The notes beneath the pieces were generated by a model, which made no database searches, was not told the origin of the DNA, and was given only the letters and a program-made list of their open reading frames with translations. A DNA stretch of 64,000 nucleotides from Oscillospiraceae bacterium. GTDB taxonomy: Bacteria > Bacillota > Clostridia > Oscillospirales > Ruminococcaceae. Where the stretch lies: positions 56,174-120,173 of the forward strand of contig JAFYQD010000001.1 in the NCBI GenBank assembly GCA_017547245.1. Reading direction: 5' to 3'. Within the stretch, counting starts at the first letter, position 1. Each line of letters opens with the position of its first letter. The position numbers and the translations under genes are program-made. Positions 38,375-48,132 of this stretch are shown in pieces.

Positions 38375-38932
38375 TTAGGCGCGGCCCAAATATTCGCCGG
38401 TTCTGGTGTCAATCTGAATCATTTCGCCCTCGTCGATGAACAGAGGTACACGAATTTCGGCACCGGTTTCGAGGGTAGCGGGCTTGGTAGCGTTGGTGGC
38501 GGTATCGCCCTTGAAGCCGGGATCGGTCTTGGTAACCTGCAGTTCTACAAAGAAAGGAGGTTCTACGCCAAATACAACGCCCTTGTAGGACAGAACCTTA
38601 ACAGCAGTGTTTTCCTTAACAAACTTGAAGTTGTCGCCCAGCTTGTCAGCATTGATAGGAATATTTTCATAGGATTCCATATCCATGAAATAGTGCAGAT
38701 CGCCGTCGGCGTACAGGTATTCCATGTCTTTTCTTTCAACAAAAGCAGTGGGGAACTTTTCAGTGGGGCTGAAAGTTCTTTCAGTTACAGCACCGGAGAT
38801 AACGTTGCGGATCTTGGTACGAACAAAAGCAGCGCCCTTACCGGGTTTTACATGCTGAAATTCGATGATCTGAAAAACAACGCCATCAACATCAAAGGTT
38901 ACGCCATTGCGAAATTCACCAGCAGAAATCAT
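38375..38932 (-). CDS. efp: Translation elongation factor P
   Basis: [13 protein letters not shown]...[18 protein letters not shown]. 185 aa from ATG 38932. Confidence 0.95.
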   Translation of the reverse strand: MISAGEFRNGVTFDVDGVVFQIIEFQHVKPGKGAAFVRTKIRNVISGAVTERTFSPTEKFPTAFVERKDMEYLYADGDLHYFMDMESYENIPINADKLGDNFKFVKENTAVKVLSYKGVVFGVEPPFFVELQVTKTDPGFKGDTATNATKPATLETGAEIRVPLFIDEGEMIQIDTRTGEYLGRA

Positions 38933-39012
38933 AAGTGATCCTCCATACATTAAATCAAAAGATTCTTTACCGTCTTAGTTTATCTTATATTCGCTATTTT
39001 TGCAAGCATATT

Positions 39013-40083
39013 TTACAGGATAATCAGATCCGCACAGGATTTATTCAAATTTTTGCACCCATTTGGGGTAATCTGAATCAAATCTTCCATACGGCAGCCT
39101 GTTTTTCCCTCAATATAAATTCCCGGCTCAACCGAAAGAACCATGCCGGGACGGCAAATTGCTTTGCTGAGCGGAGAAAAATTGGGGTCTTCGTGTATTT
39201 CAAGTCCCACGCTGTGACCTAAACTGTGTCCAAAGCAGGGACCATAGCCTGCCTGAGTAATGATATCTCGGGCAATCTTGTCGATATCTGAACAGGGCTT
39301 TCCTTCCGCTACAGCATCAATGGCAGCACGTTGTGCTTCATAAACCACCCGGCATATCTCCATAGAAAGCTCGTCGGGGCTGCCCAACGAAACGGTGCGG
39401 GTCATGTCAGCGTGATAACCTTCTATCACTGCACCAAAGTCAAAGGTAATCAGCTCTCCCCTTTTTATCGGACGGTCGGACGGTGTGCCGTGGGGGCGCG
39501 AGCTGTTTGGTCCGCCAACCACAATAAAATCAAAGGACGCACCTTCCGAACCAAGCTGTCGGCAAAGAAACTCCAACCGCAAAGCAAGTTCTTTTTCGGT
39601 TTGTCCGGGAGCTATTTCCTCCAGCAGCCGAGAAAATGCCTCTTCGGAAATATGCTGTGCCTTTTCAATAAAAGAGACTTCCTGCTCTGATTTAATGCTG
39701 CGCTGGCTGGAGATGATTTCGGTCAAACGATCATCACAAAGCAGAATTATACCTTCCAGCATTTCGTCCAGTCTGCGCTGCTGACGAAGTGTAACACGGT
39801 CACTTTCCAGCAAAAGGGTTCTTATGCCCATCTTTCCGGCGGCTTCTTTCAGCTGTTGGCCAAGCTTATCCTGAAGCATGATTTCACAGCCGGTTATGCT
39901 CTCCTTTGCCGCCTCGTAATATCGAAAATCGATTATAAGCAGTGCCTGTGTGCGGGAAACAAGCAGCGTTCCCGCGCTGGAATCAAACCCCGTATAATAA
40001 CGGCGGTTCACATCACTGGTAATCAAAGCTCCATCCACGCCTTCGGGCAGCAATGCCTGAAGACCTGCAATGCGCTCTTTCAT
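39013..40083 (-). CDS. pepP: M24 family Xaa-Pro aminopeptidase/dipeptidase
   Basis: 356 aa. Creatinase-like N-terminal domain and the M24 metal motifs DFGA...Y.AD, GHSLGHSVGLEIHE and VEPGIY. Confidence 0.88.
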   Translation of the reverse strand: MKERIAGLQALLPEGVDGALITSDVNRRYYTGFDSSAGTLLVSRTQALLIIDFRYYEAAKESITGCEIMLQDKLGQQLKEAAGKMGIRTLLLESDRVTLRQQRRLDEMLEGIILLCDDRLTEIISSQRSIKSEQEVSFIEKAQHISEEAFSRLLEEIAPGQTEKELALRLEFLCRQLGSEGASFDFIVVGGPNSSRPHGTPSDRPIKRGELITFDFGAVIEGYHADMTRTVSLGSPDELSMEICRVVYEAQRAAIDAVAEGKPCSDIDKIARDIITQAGYGPCFGHSLGHSVGLEIHEDPNFSPLSKAICRPGMVLSVEPGIYIEGKTGCRMEDLIQITPNGCKNLNKSCADLIIL

Positions 40084-40095
40084 AAAATCGCTCCC

Positions 40096-40530
40096 TTATT
40101 TCAGCAGGTCTGCCAATGCTTTGAGGGCAAGACTGTAGCTGTTCTTGCCAAAACCGCAAATTACACCAATGCAAACGGGCGAGATAACCGAAGTGTGGCG
40201 GAATTCTTCACGGCCGTGTACATTGGAAAGATGAACCTCGATAACAGGTTTGCTGATGGCAGAAATGGCATCACGAATGGCATAGCTGTAATGGGTGTAG
40301 GCACCGGCATTAAGCACAACGCCATCAAAGGATTCACGAGCTTCGTGCAGCCAGTCGATCAGCTGACCTTCGTGGTTGGACTGGCGGATTTCAATTTCCA
40401 CTTCCAGTTCCTTTGCGTATTCCATCAAACCAGCATTGATAATCTCGATAGACTGTTTGCCATATACACCGGGTTCACGAATGCCGACAAGATTCAGGTT
40501 GGGACCGTTCAGTATAAGGATTTTTCTCAT
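40096..40530 (-). CDS. aroQ: Type II 3-dehydroquinate dehydratase
   Basis: MRKILILNGPNLNLVGIREPGVYG...NAGAYTHYS...HLSNVHGRE. Confidence 0.93.
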   Translation of the reverse strand: MRKILILNGPNLNLVGIREPGVYGKQSIEIINAGLMEYAKELEVEIEIRQSNHEGQLIDWLHEARESFDGVVLNAGAYTHYSYAIRDAISAISKPVIEVHLSNVHGREEFRHTSVISPVCIGVICGFGKNSYSLALKALADLLK

Positions 40531-40532
40531 GT

Positions 40533-41402
40533 TTAACCCTCCTTTATGCTATTCCATATTGCTTTCATTGCGGCTGCGTCTTCGGCCTGTGTCCCTGCAG
40601 ATTCACAAATGACCACAGGAGTCATGCCTCGCTTGGCCATTTCTTCGGCCAAAGGCTCAAAATTGGGGCCATATTCCTGATCTTCAAAGGTCAGGTGACA
40701 TTTTTCGCCGCCTTTTTCGGTATAAAGTATTTTGGAAAAATGAATGTGAAACCGTTTTGCTCGTTCCATTCCCAAACGGTTTTGGATAATATCCAGTGCT
40801 CGACCAAAGTCTTCAGCACTTTTCAGGCTGCCAAAGGTTCGTGCGTTCAAATGGCCAAAATCCACACAGGGGATAATTCTTTCATCAACCGAACACAACT
40901 CCATAACCTCTTCCAGGGTGCCCAGCTGATTTATCTTTCCCATAACTTCGGGACAGATGTGGACGTTGGAAAGTCCTTCTTCATCCAAAGCTTTCTGGGC
41001 AAGCTTCATGGTATCCACCGCCAAAGCAAGAGCCTCTTCCCTGCTGATTTTGCTGCAGGAACCGGAGTGCACCACAATTCGCTCGCCGCCCATCCAGTTT
41101 ACTGCTCGGGCCGACTGCAGAATATAATTGATGCTGTTCAGGCGCTTTTCTTCTTCCACGCTGGAAAGAGAAATGTAATAAGGGGCATGCAGACTAACAT
41201 AAATTCCTTTTTCGCGGCAGGCAGCACCAAATTCTGCAGCCTTTTCCTGCGAAATGTTTACGCCACGTCCGCACTGGTATTCAAAGGCATCCAACCCCAT
41301 GCGGGTCAGGTACTCAGGAACCTGCAATGTCTTTCTATACCCCATTGCGGCAAAACTTTCGGAATTACCGGCAGGGCCAAAAAGTGTCTTGAAGTCAGAC
41401 AT
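40533..41402 (-). CDS. Xylose-isomerase-like TIM-barrel protein (endonuclease IV-like)
   Basis: 289 aa. Pattern of conserved His/Glu/Asp positions (VSLHAPY, VVHSG, CPEVMG, DFGH) resembles the AP endonuclease 2 family. Confidence 0.75.
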   Translation of the reverse strand: MSDFKTLFGPAGNSESFAAMGYRKTLQVPEYLTRMGLDAFEYQCGRGVNISQEKAAEFGAACREKGIYVSLHAPYYISLSSVEEEKRLNSINYILQSARAVNWMGGERIVVHSGSCSKISREEALALAVDTMKLAQKALDEEGLSNVHICPEVMGKINQLGTLEEVMELCSVDERIIPCVDFGHLNARTFGSLKSAEDFGRALDIIQNRLGMERAKRFHIHFSKILYTEKGGEKCHLTFEDQEYGPNFEPLAEEMAKRGMTPVVICESAGTQAEDAAAMKAIWNSIKEG

Positions 41403-41901
41403 GTGTCACACCATCCTTTCTGCGATGGATTGCGCGCAGAATGGGTTTTTCCAGCACACGTTTGAAGCGAAGAAACTTTTGATGTTCTATTTGAAAAGGA
41501 GTAACCAACGTACAGGGACAGCCGAAGAATTTTGCAGCCAGAATATCTGTAAACAGCTGGTCGCCCACAAGCATGATTTCTTTTTTATCAAGGTTAAATT
41601 TTGCGCAGGCTCTTTTTAAGCCAAAGGTAAGCGGTTTGGCGGCCTTGCAGACAAACGCAAGCCCAAGACCGTCGGCATAGGGCTTGACCCGTTCAAAGGA
41701 GTTATTGGACACCAAAAACAGCCCCATTCCCCTTTGTTTCATTTCGTCAAGAAACAGACGAACCTTTTCGGGAACCTCCTGGCTGTCGTGCAGGGTCAGG
41801 GTGTTGTCTATATCAAGCGCCAAAGCCTTGATGCCCATCTGTTCCAGCACAGTTGGATCGATATCATAAATTTTATCGCAAACAATGTTGGGCTGCAGCA
41901 T
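41395..41901 (-). CDS. yqeG: YqeG-family HAD-IIIA phosphatase
   Basis: 168 aa. HAD motif I ALDIDNTL, SNN and GDQLFTDI. Confidence 0.8.
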   Translation of the reverse strand: MLQPNIVCDKIYDIDPTVLEQMGIKALALDIDNTLTLHDSQEVPEKVRLFLDEMKQRGMGLFLVSNNSFERVKPYADGLGLAFVCKAAKPLTFGLKRACAKFNLDKKEIMLVGDQLFTDILAAKFFGCPCTLVTPFQIEHQKFLRFKRVLEKPILRAIHRRKDGVTHV

Positions 41902-41920
41902 GGTAAACCTCCCGTATAAA

Positions 41921-41946
41921 ACATAAAAGCGGCCCGAAGGCCGCTT
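41921..41946 (-). terminator. Rho-independent terminator after rpsU
   Basis: Minus strand reads GCGGCC-TTCG-GGCCGC followed by TTTTATGT. Confidence 0.65.
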
Positions 41947-41966
41947 TTACCAATGCATCGCAAGGA

Positions 41967-42143
41967 TTATTTGAACTTGCGCTTACGAGCAGCCTCCGAC
42001 TTCTTCTTACGCTTTACAGAAGGCTTTTCGTAGTGCTCTCTTTTGCGAACTTCGGCCAAAACGCCGGAGCGGGCACACTGACGCTTGAAGCGACGGAGAG
42101 CGCTGTCCAAAGACTCGTTATCTTTTACACGAATTTCTGCCAT
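41967..42143 (-). CDS. rpsU: 30S ribosomal protein S21
   Basis: 58 aa, below the ORF-track size cutoff. My translation is [69 protein letters not shown]. Confidence 0.9.
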   Translation of the reverse strand: MAEIRVKDNESLDSALRRFKRQCARSGVLAEVRKREHYEKPSVKRKKKSEAARKRKFK

Positions 42144-42208
42144 TTACTTATTTCCCTCCTTACGCCTTGGGCAGGAGTCTAACACCCGTTTGGCGGGCAT
42201 CTTAGGGC

Positions 42209-42238
42209 ATTATACTATATGCATGGCCCTAAAGTCAA
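42209..42238 (-). promoter_or_regulatory. Candidate sigma-A promoter for rpsU
   Basis: Minus strand reads TTGACT (42238..42233), 18 nt, TATAAT (42214..42209). Confidence 0.55.
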
Positions 42239-42265
42239 GAGATATTTCTCTTTTTTACATAAAAT

Positions 42266-44674
42266 TTAGCGAACAATGAAGTTCATCAGCTTGCCGGGAA
42301 CATAAATTTCCTTAACAACGGTCTTGCCGGCCAGATTTTCGGCAACGGCAGGATCGGCAGCAGCCAGCTCCATTACCACTTCCTTGGAAGCATCGGCAGG
42401 AACATTAACACGAGCCTTGATCTTGCTGTTTACCTGTACGGCAATTTCCACAACTGCTTCTTTGCACTTGGCTTCTTCATATACAGGCCAGCTCTGGTCG
42501 GTGATGGCACCGCCAAATCCGCACAGTTCCCAAGCTTCTTCGGTCATGTGAGGAGCAAAGGGATTGAGCAGCAGCAGAATGGTCTTATATTCACCGCGGG
42601 TAATAGAGCCATCAATTTCGTTCAGAACGGTCATCATGGCAGCAATGGCGGTGTTGTACTTCATGTTTTCAATGTCTTCCGAAACCTTCTTGATCAGCTT
42701 ATGCATGCTGGTTTCCAGCTTGGCAGAGAATTCTTCGCCGTCAACCAGAATATCCTGCAGGCTGAAAATGCGTTCCAGGAAGCGCTTGCAGCCCTTGATG
42801 GAAGAAGTCTTCCAGGGAGCGCTCTTTTCAAAGTCACCGATGAACATTTCGTACAGACGCAGGGTGTCTGCACCAAATTCGTCAACGATATCGTCGGGGT
42901 TTACAACGTTGCCGCGGCTCTTGGACATCTTTTCGCCGTTTTCGCCCAGAATCATACCATGGCTGGTGCGCTTGGCATAGGGTTCGGGAGTGGAAACTAC
43001 GCCGATATCATACAGGAACTTGTGCCAGAAACGGGAATAAAGCAGATGCAGAGTGGTATGTTCCATACCGCCGTTGTACCAGTCAACGGGCATCCAGTAA
43101 TCCAGAGCTTCCTTGCTGGCCAGTGCATCATTGTTGCAGGGGTCGCAGTAGCGCAGGAAGTACCAGGAAGAACCGGCCCACTGAGGCATGGTGTCGGTTT
43201 CACGCTTGGCAGGTGCGCCGCAGCAGGGACAGGTGGTGTTTACCCAATCGGTGATGTTGGCCAGAGGAGACTCGCCATCGTCGGTGGGTTCATAGCTTTC
43301 AACGTTGGGCAGCTTCAGGGGCAGCTCGCTTTCGGGCAGAGCCACATAGCCGCACTTTTCACAGTAAACCAGAGGAATGGGTTCGCCCCAGTAACGCTGA
43401 CGGGAGAATACCCAGTCACGCAGCTTGTAGTTAACCTTAAAGGTACCCTTACCCTGTTCTTCCAGTACCTTGGTGATCTTTTCGATAGCTTCCTGAACAG
43501 AAAGACCGTTCAGAATGTCAGAGTTGACCATTTCACCGGTTGCACAGTCTGTAAAGGCTTCTTCCTGTACATTGCCGCCCTTTACTACTTCAATGATGGG
43601 CAGGCCAAACTTCTTGGCAAACTCCCAGTCACGGGTGTCGTGTGCGGGAACAGCCATGATAGCGCCGGTGCCGTAGCTCATCAGAACATAGTCAGAGATG
43701 AAAATGGGAATTTCCTTACCGTTTACGGGGTTGATGCCGCGAACGCCCTTCAGTTCAACGCCGGTCTTATCCTTGGCCATTTCGGTGCGTTCAAAGTCAC
43801 TCTTGCGGGCAGAAGCTTCCTGATAGGCACGGATTTCATCCATGTTCTCCAGCTTGTCGGCCCACTTTTCAATGTAAGGATGTTCGGGAGAAATAACCAT
43901 GTAGGTTGCACCATACATGGTGTCGGGACGGGTGGTGTAGATGCGCAGATCGTCGCCGGCGGTGGTGGAGAAGTCAACTTCTGCACCGGTGCTGCGGCCA
44001 ATCCAGTTCTTCTGGGAAACCTTAACGCGATCGATATAATCAACCTGATCCAGATCGTCAATCAGACGCTGGGCATATTCGGTAATCTTCAGCATCCACT
44101 GGCTCTTTACCTTGCGGATTACTTCGCTGCCGCAGCGTTCGCAAACGCCGCCAACAACTTCTTCGTTGGCCAGAACGCACTTACAGGAAGTACACCAGTT
44201 TACGGCCATTTCCTTCTTGTAGGCCAGACCCTTCTTGAACAGCTGCAGGAAAATCCACTGGGTCCACTTTACATAGTTGGGATCGGTGGTGTTGATTTCG
44301 CTGTCCCAGTCAAAAGAAAGGCCCAAAGCCTGGAGCTGGCTCTTGAAACGGGCTACATTCTGCTTGGTTACGATTTCGGGATGAATATGGTTCTTAATGG
44401 CAAAGTTTTCGGTAGGAAGACCGAAGGCATCCCAACCCATGGGGTACAGAACATTGTATCCCTGCAGACGACGCTTTCTGGCCAGAATGTCCAGAGCGGT
44501 GTAGGAACGGGGATGGCCTACGTGCAGACCCTGACCCGAGGGATAAGGGAATTCTACCAGAGCATAAAACTTGGGCTTGGTGTAATCGGTGCCGGCCTTA
44601 AAAACCTTACCTTCTTCCCATTTTTGCTGCCACTTTTTTTCTACTGCTTTGAAATCGTACTTCAACTCAAACAT
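42266..44674 (-). CDS. leuS: Leucine--tRNA ligase
   Basis: About 802 aa. HIGH-type motif ([11 protein letters not shown]), KMSKS present, CP1 editing domain. Start placed at MFELKYDF. Confidence 0.95.
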   Translation of the reverse strand: MFELKYDFKAVEKKWQQKWEEGKVFKAGTDYTKPKFYALVEFPYPSGQGLHVGHPRSYTALDILARKRRLQGYNVLYPMGWDAFGLPTENFAIKNHIHPEIVTKQNVARFKSQLQALGLSFDWDSEINTTDPNYVKWTQWIFLQLFKKGLAYKKEMAVNWCTSCKCVLANEEVVGGVCERCGSEVIRKVKSQWMLKITEYAQRLIDDLDQVDYIDRVKVSQKNWIGRSTGAEVDFSTTAGDDLRIYTTRPDTMYGATYMVISPEHPYIEKWADKLENMDEIRAYQEASARKSDFERTEMAKDKTGVELKGVRGINPVNGKEIPIFISDYVLMSYGTGAIMAVPAHDTRDWEFAKKFGLPIIEVVKGGNVQEEAFTDCATGEMVNSDILNGLSVQEAIEKITKVLEEQGKGTFKVNYKLRDWVFSRQRYWGEPIPLVYCEKCGYVALPESELPLKLPNVESYEPTDDGESPLANITDWVNTTCPCCGAPAKRETDTMPQWAGSSWYFLRYCDPCNNDALASKEALDYWMPVDWYNGGMEHTTLHLLYSRFWHKFLYDIGVVSTPEPYAKRTSHGMILGENGEKMSKSRGNVVNPDDIVDEFGADTLRLYEMFIGDFEKSAPWKTSSIKGCKRFLERIFSLQDILVDGEEFSAKLETSMHKLIKKVSEDIENMKYNTAIAAMMTVLNEIDGSITRGEYKTILLLLNPFAPHMTEEAWELCGFGGAITDQSWPVYEEAKCKEAVVEIAVQVNSKIKARVNVPADASKEVVMELAAADPAVAENLAGKTVVKEIYVPGKLMNFIVR

Positions 44675-44718
44675 CCTCTCACGGGACACAACAAATGATG
44701 TCCGCAATCATTTTCGTT

Positions 44719-45078
44719 TTATTCTACTACAATAATGTCACTGATATCGATACGGGGAGCATCGGCCCACAGTCGATCCAGTGCATAAAATTCACGGGTT
44801 TCTTCGTTAAAGATGTGAACCATAACGTCATAATAGTCCATCAGAATCCAGGTACTGGTCTGATAGCCTTCAATACGCTTGGGTTCAAAGCCGGCCTTGG
44901 AAAGCTGCATATCAACTTCGTCAGCCAAAGCCTTTACCTGAGTGGTGCTGCCGGCCGAAGCCACAACAAAGTAATCACCCAGAGAGGTAACCTTGCCGAT
45001 TTCAAGAACCGAAAGGTCTGTTGCACGCTTGCTGTCAAGAATACCGGCAATCTTCTTTGCCATTTCCAACGAGGTCAT
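44719..45078 (-). CDS. rsfS: Ribosome silencing factor RsfS
   Basis: 119 aa. DYFVVASAGSTTQVKALADEV...WILMDYYDVMVHIF. Confidence 0.9.
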   Translation of the reverse strand: MTSLEMAKKIAGILDSKRATDLSVLEIGKVTSLGDYFVVASAGSTTQVKALADEVDMQLSKAGFEPKRIEGYQTSTWILMDYYDVMVHIFNEETREFYALDRLWADAPRIDISDIIVVE

Positions 45079-45133
45079 GTGATTCCCTCCTTTGATAAAT
45101 CCTTATATACAGGCCATTTGGCCCTGTTAATTT

Positions 45134-45694
45134 TTATAATTCTTTGCAAAGGTTAAGATAAAAATTATAGGCTTCCCAAGTGTCACGGCTGATTGGACGA
45201 TTCTGCTTTGCCAAATCGCCAACAATATAGGCAAGCGCATACAAGGTTGCCTTGTGCAAAGACTCTTCACACAGGCTGCGGACATAGTCCACATCGTCAT
45301 ATACACGATCGGCCGAAGTAAGGTCTGCCATATAAATGATCTCTTCCAGCAAAGTCATATCAGCACGGGCACTGGTGTGGTAACGCACCGCCGAAAGTAT
45401 CTCGGGATCATTTACCCCCACAGAGGGAAGAAAAACACTTCCTGCTGCAGAGTGCCACAAACTGGGGTTGCTTAGTAAAACATCATCCGAAATTATACCA
45501 TTTTCGTTAATATATTTCAACTGGTCATCTTTGGGCATATCCTTGCAGATATCATGCACCATGCCTGCAACAAAGGCCTTTTTGGGATCTGCTCCCCAAA
45601 CTTCGGCCAGGTGCTTTGCACGGTCGGCCACCGCACAGGAATGAACGAACCGATATTCACTCATTCTTGGACGGATGAGTTCACGATAATCCAT
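45134..45694 (-). CDS. yqeK: HD-domain bis(5'-nucleosyl)-tetraphosphatase YqeK
   Basis: 186 aa. RFVHSCAVA...GMVHDICK HD motif. Conserved nadD-yqeK-rsfS order. Confidence 0.85.
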   Translation of the reverse strand: MDYRELIRPRMSEYRFVHSCAVADRAKHLAEVWGADPKKAFVAGMVHDICKDMPKDDQLKYINENGIISDDVLLSNPSLWHSAAGSVFLPSVGVNDPEILSAVRYHTSARADMTLLEEIIYMADLTSADRVYDDVDYVRSLCEESLHKATLYALAYIVGDLAKQNRPISRDTWEAYNFYLNLCKEL

Positions 45695-45697
45695 GGT

Positions 45698-46330
45698 CTA
45701 TTCCTCCTGATAAAGCCGATGCTTGCGGCAATATTCTTCCACACCGGGGTGGAGCAGTTTTGCGGCGCTCTCCCCTTCTTTCAGTGCGGCACGGATTTGG
45801 GTGGAAGACATCTCTACCACAGGGGTATCCATGATGATGCATCCCTGCCCCATAACAGCATACCGTCCCGACTCCCGCACAAGGTCATCGTGTTCATCAT
45901 CCTCACGCGGGGCAGCACAAAGAGTAGCCATGCGAAGAATGTCACGCCAGCGCTTCCAGCGATCAAAGCTGAGAAGCATATCGCCGCCAACAATCAAAAA
46001 GAAACGGCTGTTGGGATAAAGACGATGAAGCTGACGCAGGGTAAGATATGTATAGCTACTGCCGCCACGGCACAGTTCTATATCGCTTACCGTTACACGG
46101 GGGTCCCCCTCTGCTGCAATGCGGCACATGGCAAGCCGATCTTCGCCTGTTGCCAGGTCATGCGCCACTTTGTGGGGTGGAATATAGGTTGGAATAAGCA
46201 AAAGCTCGTCCAGCTCCAGCTCTTCCATAGCGTTTTTCATCAGGTTCTGATGACCCAGATGAATGGGATTAAACGTTCCGCCAAATACGCCTATGCGGCG
46301 TGGACGGGTTTGGTTACTTAACAAGCTCAA
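45698..46330 (-). CDS. nadD: Nicotinate-nucleotide adenylyltransferase
   Basis: IGVFGGTFNPIHLGH (HxGH nucleotidyltransferase motif) and a C-terminal SSTQIR. Confidence 0.92.
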   Translation of the reverse strand: MSLLSNQTRPRRIGVFGGTFNPIHLGHQNLMKNAMEELELDELLLIPTYIPPHKVAHDLATGEDRLAMCRIAAEGDPRVTVSDIELCRGGSSYTYLTLRQLHRLYPNSRFFLIVGGDMLLSFDRWKRWRDILRMATLCAAPREDDEHDDLVRESGRYAVMGQGCIIMDTPVVEMSSTQIRAALKEGESAAKLLHPGVEEYCRKHRLYQEE

Positions 46331-46607
46331 TCACCGGCTTTTTGTTGTTGCGGCGGTAAAGAACAAAACGGGTGCCAATGGTCTGCACAACCTCAGACTG
46401 GGTAGCCTGAGCAAGTTCTTCCGCAGTTTCTCTTACAGAACCGGGAGCGGTTTCAAGCACACGCAGCTTGATCAGCTCACGGGCGGTAAGGGCATCGTTT
46501 ACCTGCTTGATAAGCTGTTCGCCCACACCGGACTTGCCTACCTGCAGAATGGTTTCAATGGGATTGGCCAAAGCACGAAGCTGGGCTCTTTGTTTACTGT
46601 TCAGCAC
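46314..46607 (-). CDS. yhbY: Ribosome-assembly RNA-binding protein YhbY (CRS1/YhbY domain)
   Basis: 97 aa. LNSKQRAQLRALANPIETILQVGKSGV...ELIKLRVL. Confidence 0.88.
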   Translation of the reverse strand: MLNSKQRAQLRALANPIETILQVGKSGVGEQLIKQVNDALTARELIKLRVLETAPGSVRETAEELAQATQSEVVQTIGTRFVLYRRNNKKPVIELVK

Positions 46608-47190
46608 AATTCATTCTCCTGTTCATTTCTTCATAAAACAGACGCAGTGCAAGTCCACGATGGCTTACAGCGTCCTTTTCTTCTCCGGTCATTTCCGAGT
46701 AGCTTCGGCCTTCAACATAAAATACGGGGTCATAGCCAAAACCGCCCTCACCTCTGCACTCACGACCGATTACACCCTCACAAATACCTTCGCATTCTAT
46801 CAGAATGTCAGGTCCAATGCAGCAGATGGCCGAAATAAAACGACCGGTACGTTTTTCATCAGGAACGTCTTCCATTTCCTTCAGCAGTTTTTCAATGCGT
46901 TGGGCATCGGTGGTATTTTCGCCGGCATAGCGGGCCGAATATACCCCAGGGGCTCCCTTCAGGGCATCCACACACAAACCCGAGTCATCGGCGACAGCGG
47001 TAAGACCGGTAGCCTTGTAAACAGCCTCGGCCTTAAGGCGGGCATTCTCTGCAAAGGTGGTTCCGGTTTCTTCCACATCAAGGTCGGGACAATATTCCTT
47101 CTGAGAGTGCACCTCAACACCAAGGGGGGCAAGAATACGGCCGAATTCCTCAAGCTTATGCGCATTGTTGGTTGCAACAATCAATTTCAT
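46594..47190 (-). CDS. rdgB: XTP/dITP diphosphatase (RdgB/HAM1 family)
   Basis: MKLIVATNNAHKLEEF...ADDSGLCVDALKGAPGVYSARY...GFGYDPVF. Confidence 0.9.
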   Translation of the reverse strand: MKLIVATNNAHKLEEFGRILAPLGVEVHSQKEYCPDLDVEETGTTFAENARLKAEAVYKATGLTAVADDSGLCVDALKGAPGVYSARYAGENTTDAQRIEKLLKEMEDVPDEKRTGRFISAICCIGPDILIECEGICEGVIGRECRGEGGFGYDPVFYVEGRSYSEMTGEEKDAVSHRGLALRLFYEEMNRRMNCAEQ

Positions 47191-48111
47191 TCAGGCATCC
47201 TCCCCATCAAACAGGGCTTCCACAAACTCGTTGGGGTCAAAGGGACGCAAATCGTCCACACCTTCGCCAACACCGATGAACTTAACAGGAATACCCAGCT
47301 GGTCCTTGATGGCAACCACAACGCCGCCCTTGGCGGTGCCGTCCAGCTTGGTCAGCACAATGCCGGTAATGCTGCCGGCAGCCTGGCTGAACAACTTGGC
47401 CTGGTTTACACCATTCTGACCGGTAGAGGCATCCACAACCAGCAAAAACTCCATGGCGCAGCCTTCGGCTTCACGGTTTACAATACGTGTGATTTTAGAA
47501 AGCTCGTCCATCAGGTTCTTTTTGTTATGCAGACGGCCTGCGGTATCGCAGATGATGATGTCCACGCCGCGTGCCTTGCCTGCGGTAATGGTATCGAACA
47601 CAACAGCGGCAGGGTCGCTGCCCTCGGCGTGCTTGACCAGGCCGCAGCCTGCACGGTCGGCCCAAACTTCCAGCTGCTCAATGGCGGCTGCACGGAAGGT
47701 ATCGGCAGCACCAAGCAGCACCTTTTTCCCTTCACCGGTAAATTTTGCGGCAAGCTTGCCGATGGTGGTGGTTTTACCCACACCGTTTACACCAATTACC
47801 AGCACAACAGAAGGCTTGGTGGAAACATCAAGCTCTTCCCCACCGCTCAGCATTTCAGCAAGAATGCTTTTCAGCAGTCCGCGAATCTCGGCAGGGTCGC
47901 TGATGTTCTTTTCTTTTACCTGTTCACGCAGTGCGTCTACAATCTTTTCGGAAGTAGAGACACCGATGTCTGCCATAATCAGAATATCGGTGATTTCTTC
48001 AAACAGGTCCTCGTCAATCTTGCCAAAGCCGGAAGCGGCCTGTTCAATCTGTTTTACCAGGGAGTCACGGGTCTTTTTCAGACCTTTACCCAAGTTAGCA
48101 AAAAATCCCAT
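47191..48111 (-). CDS. ftsY: Signal recognition particle receptor FtsY
   Basis: 306 aa NG domain. GVNGVGKTTTIGKLA, DTAGR, TKLDG. Confidence 0.95.
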   Translation of the reverse strand: MGFFANLGKGLKKTRDSLVKQIEQAASGFGKIDEDLFEEITDILIMADIGVSTSEKIVDALREQVKEKNISDPAEIRGLLKSILAEMLSGGEELDVSTKPSVVLVIGVNGVGKTTTIGKLAAKFTGEGKKVLLGAADTFRAAAIEQLEVWADRAGCGLVKHAEGSDPAAVVFDTITAGKARGVDIIICDTAGRLHNKKNLMDELSKITRIVNREAEGCAMEFLLVVDASTGQNGVNQAKLFSQAAGSITGIVLTKLDGTAKGGVVVAIKDQLGIPVKFIGVGEGVDDLRPFDPNEFVEALFDGEDA

Positions 48112-48132
48112 TATTATCTCCTCCCTGTCAGT

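Noticed and set aside
42548-44698. 716-aa plus-strand ORF opposite leuS. Analogous ORFs lie at 55671..57866 (opposite topA), 50167..51813 (smc), 21599..22885 (relA), 24598..25803 (recJ), 27543..28694 (cdaR), 34780..35892 (rnfD), 31710..32879 (rnfB) and 9106..10143 (ligA).
   Set aside because: Same shadow-frame phenomenon. The sense genes are unambiguous, and the antisense translations look like reverse-complement artefacts.
44675-44718. Expected T-box leader upstream of leuS
   Set aside because: Only 44 nt separate rsfS and leuS, which is far too short for a T-box. leuS appears to be read through from upstream genes.
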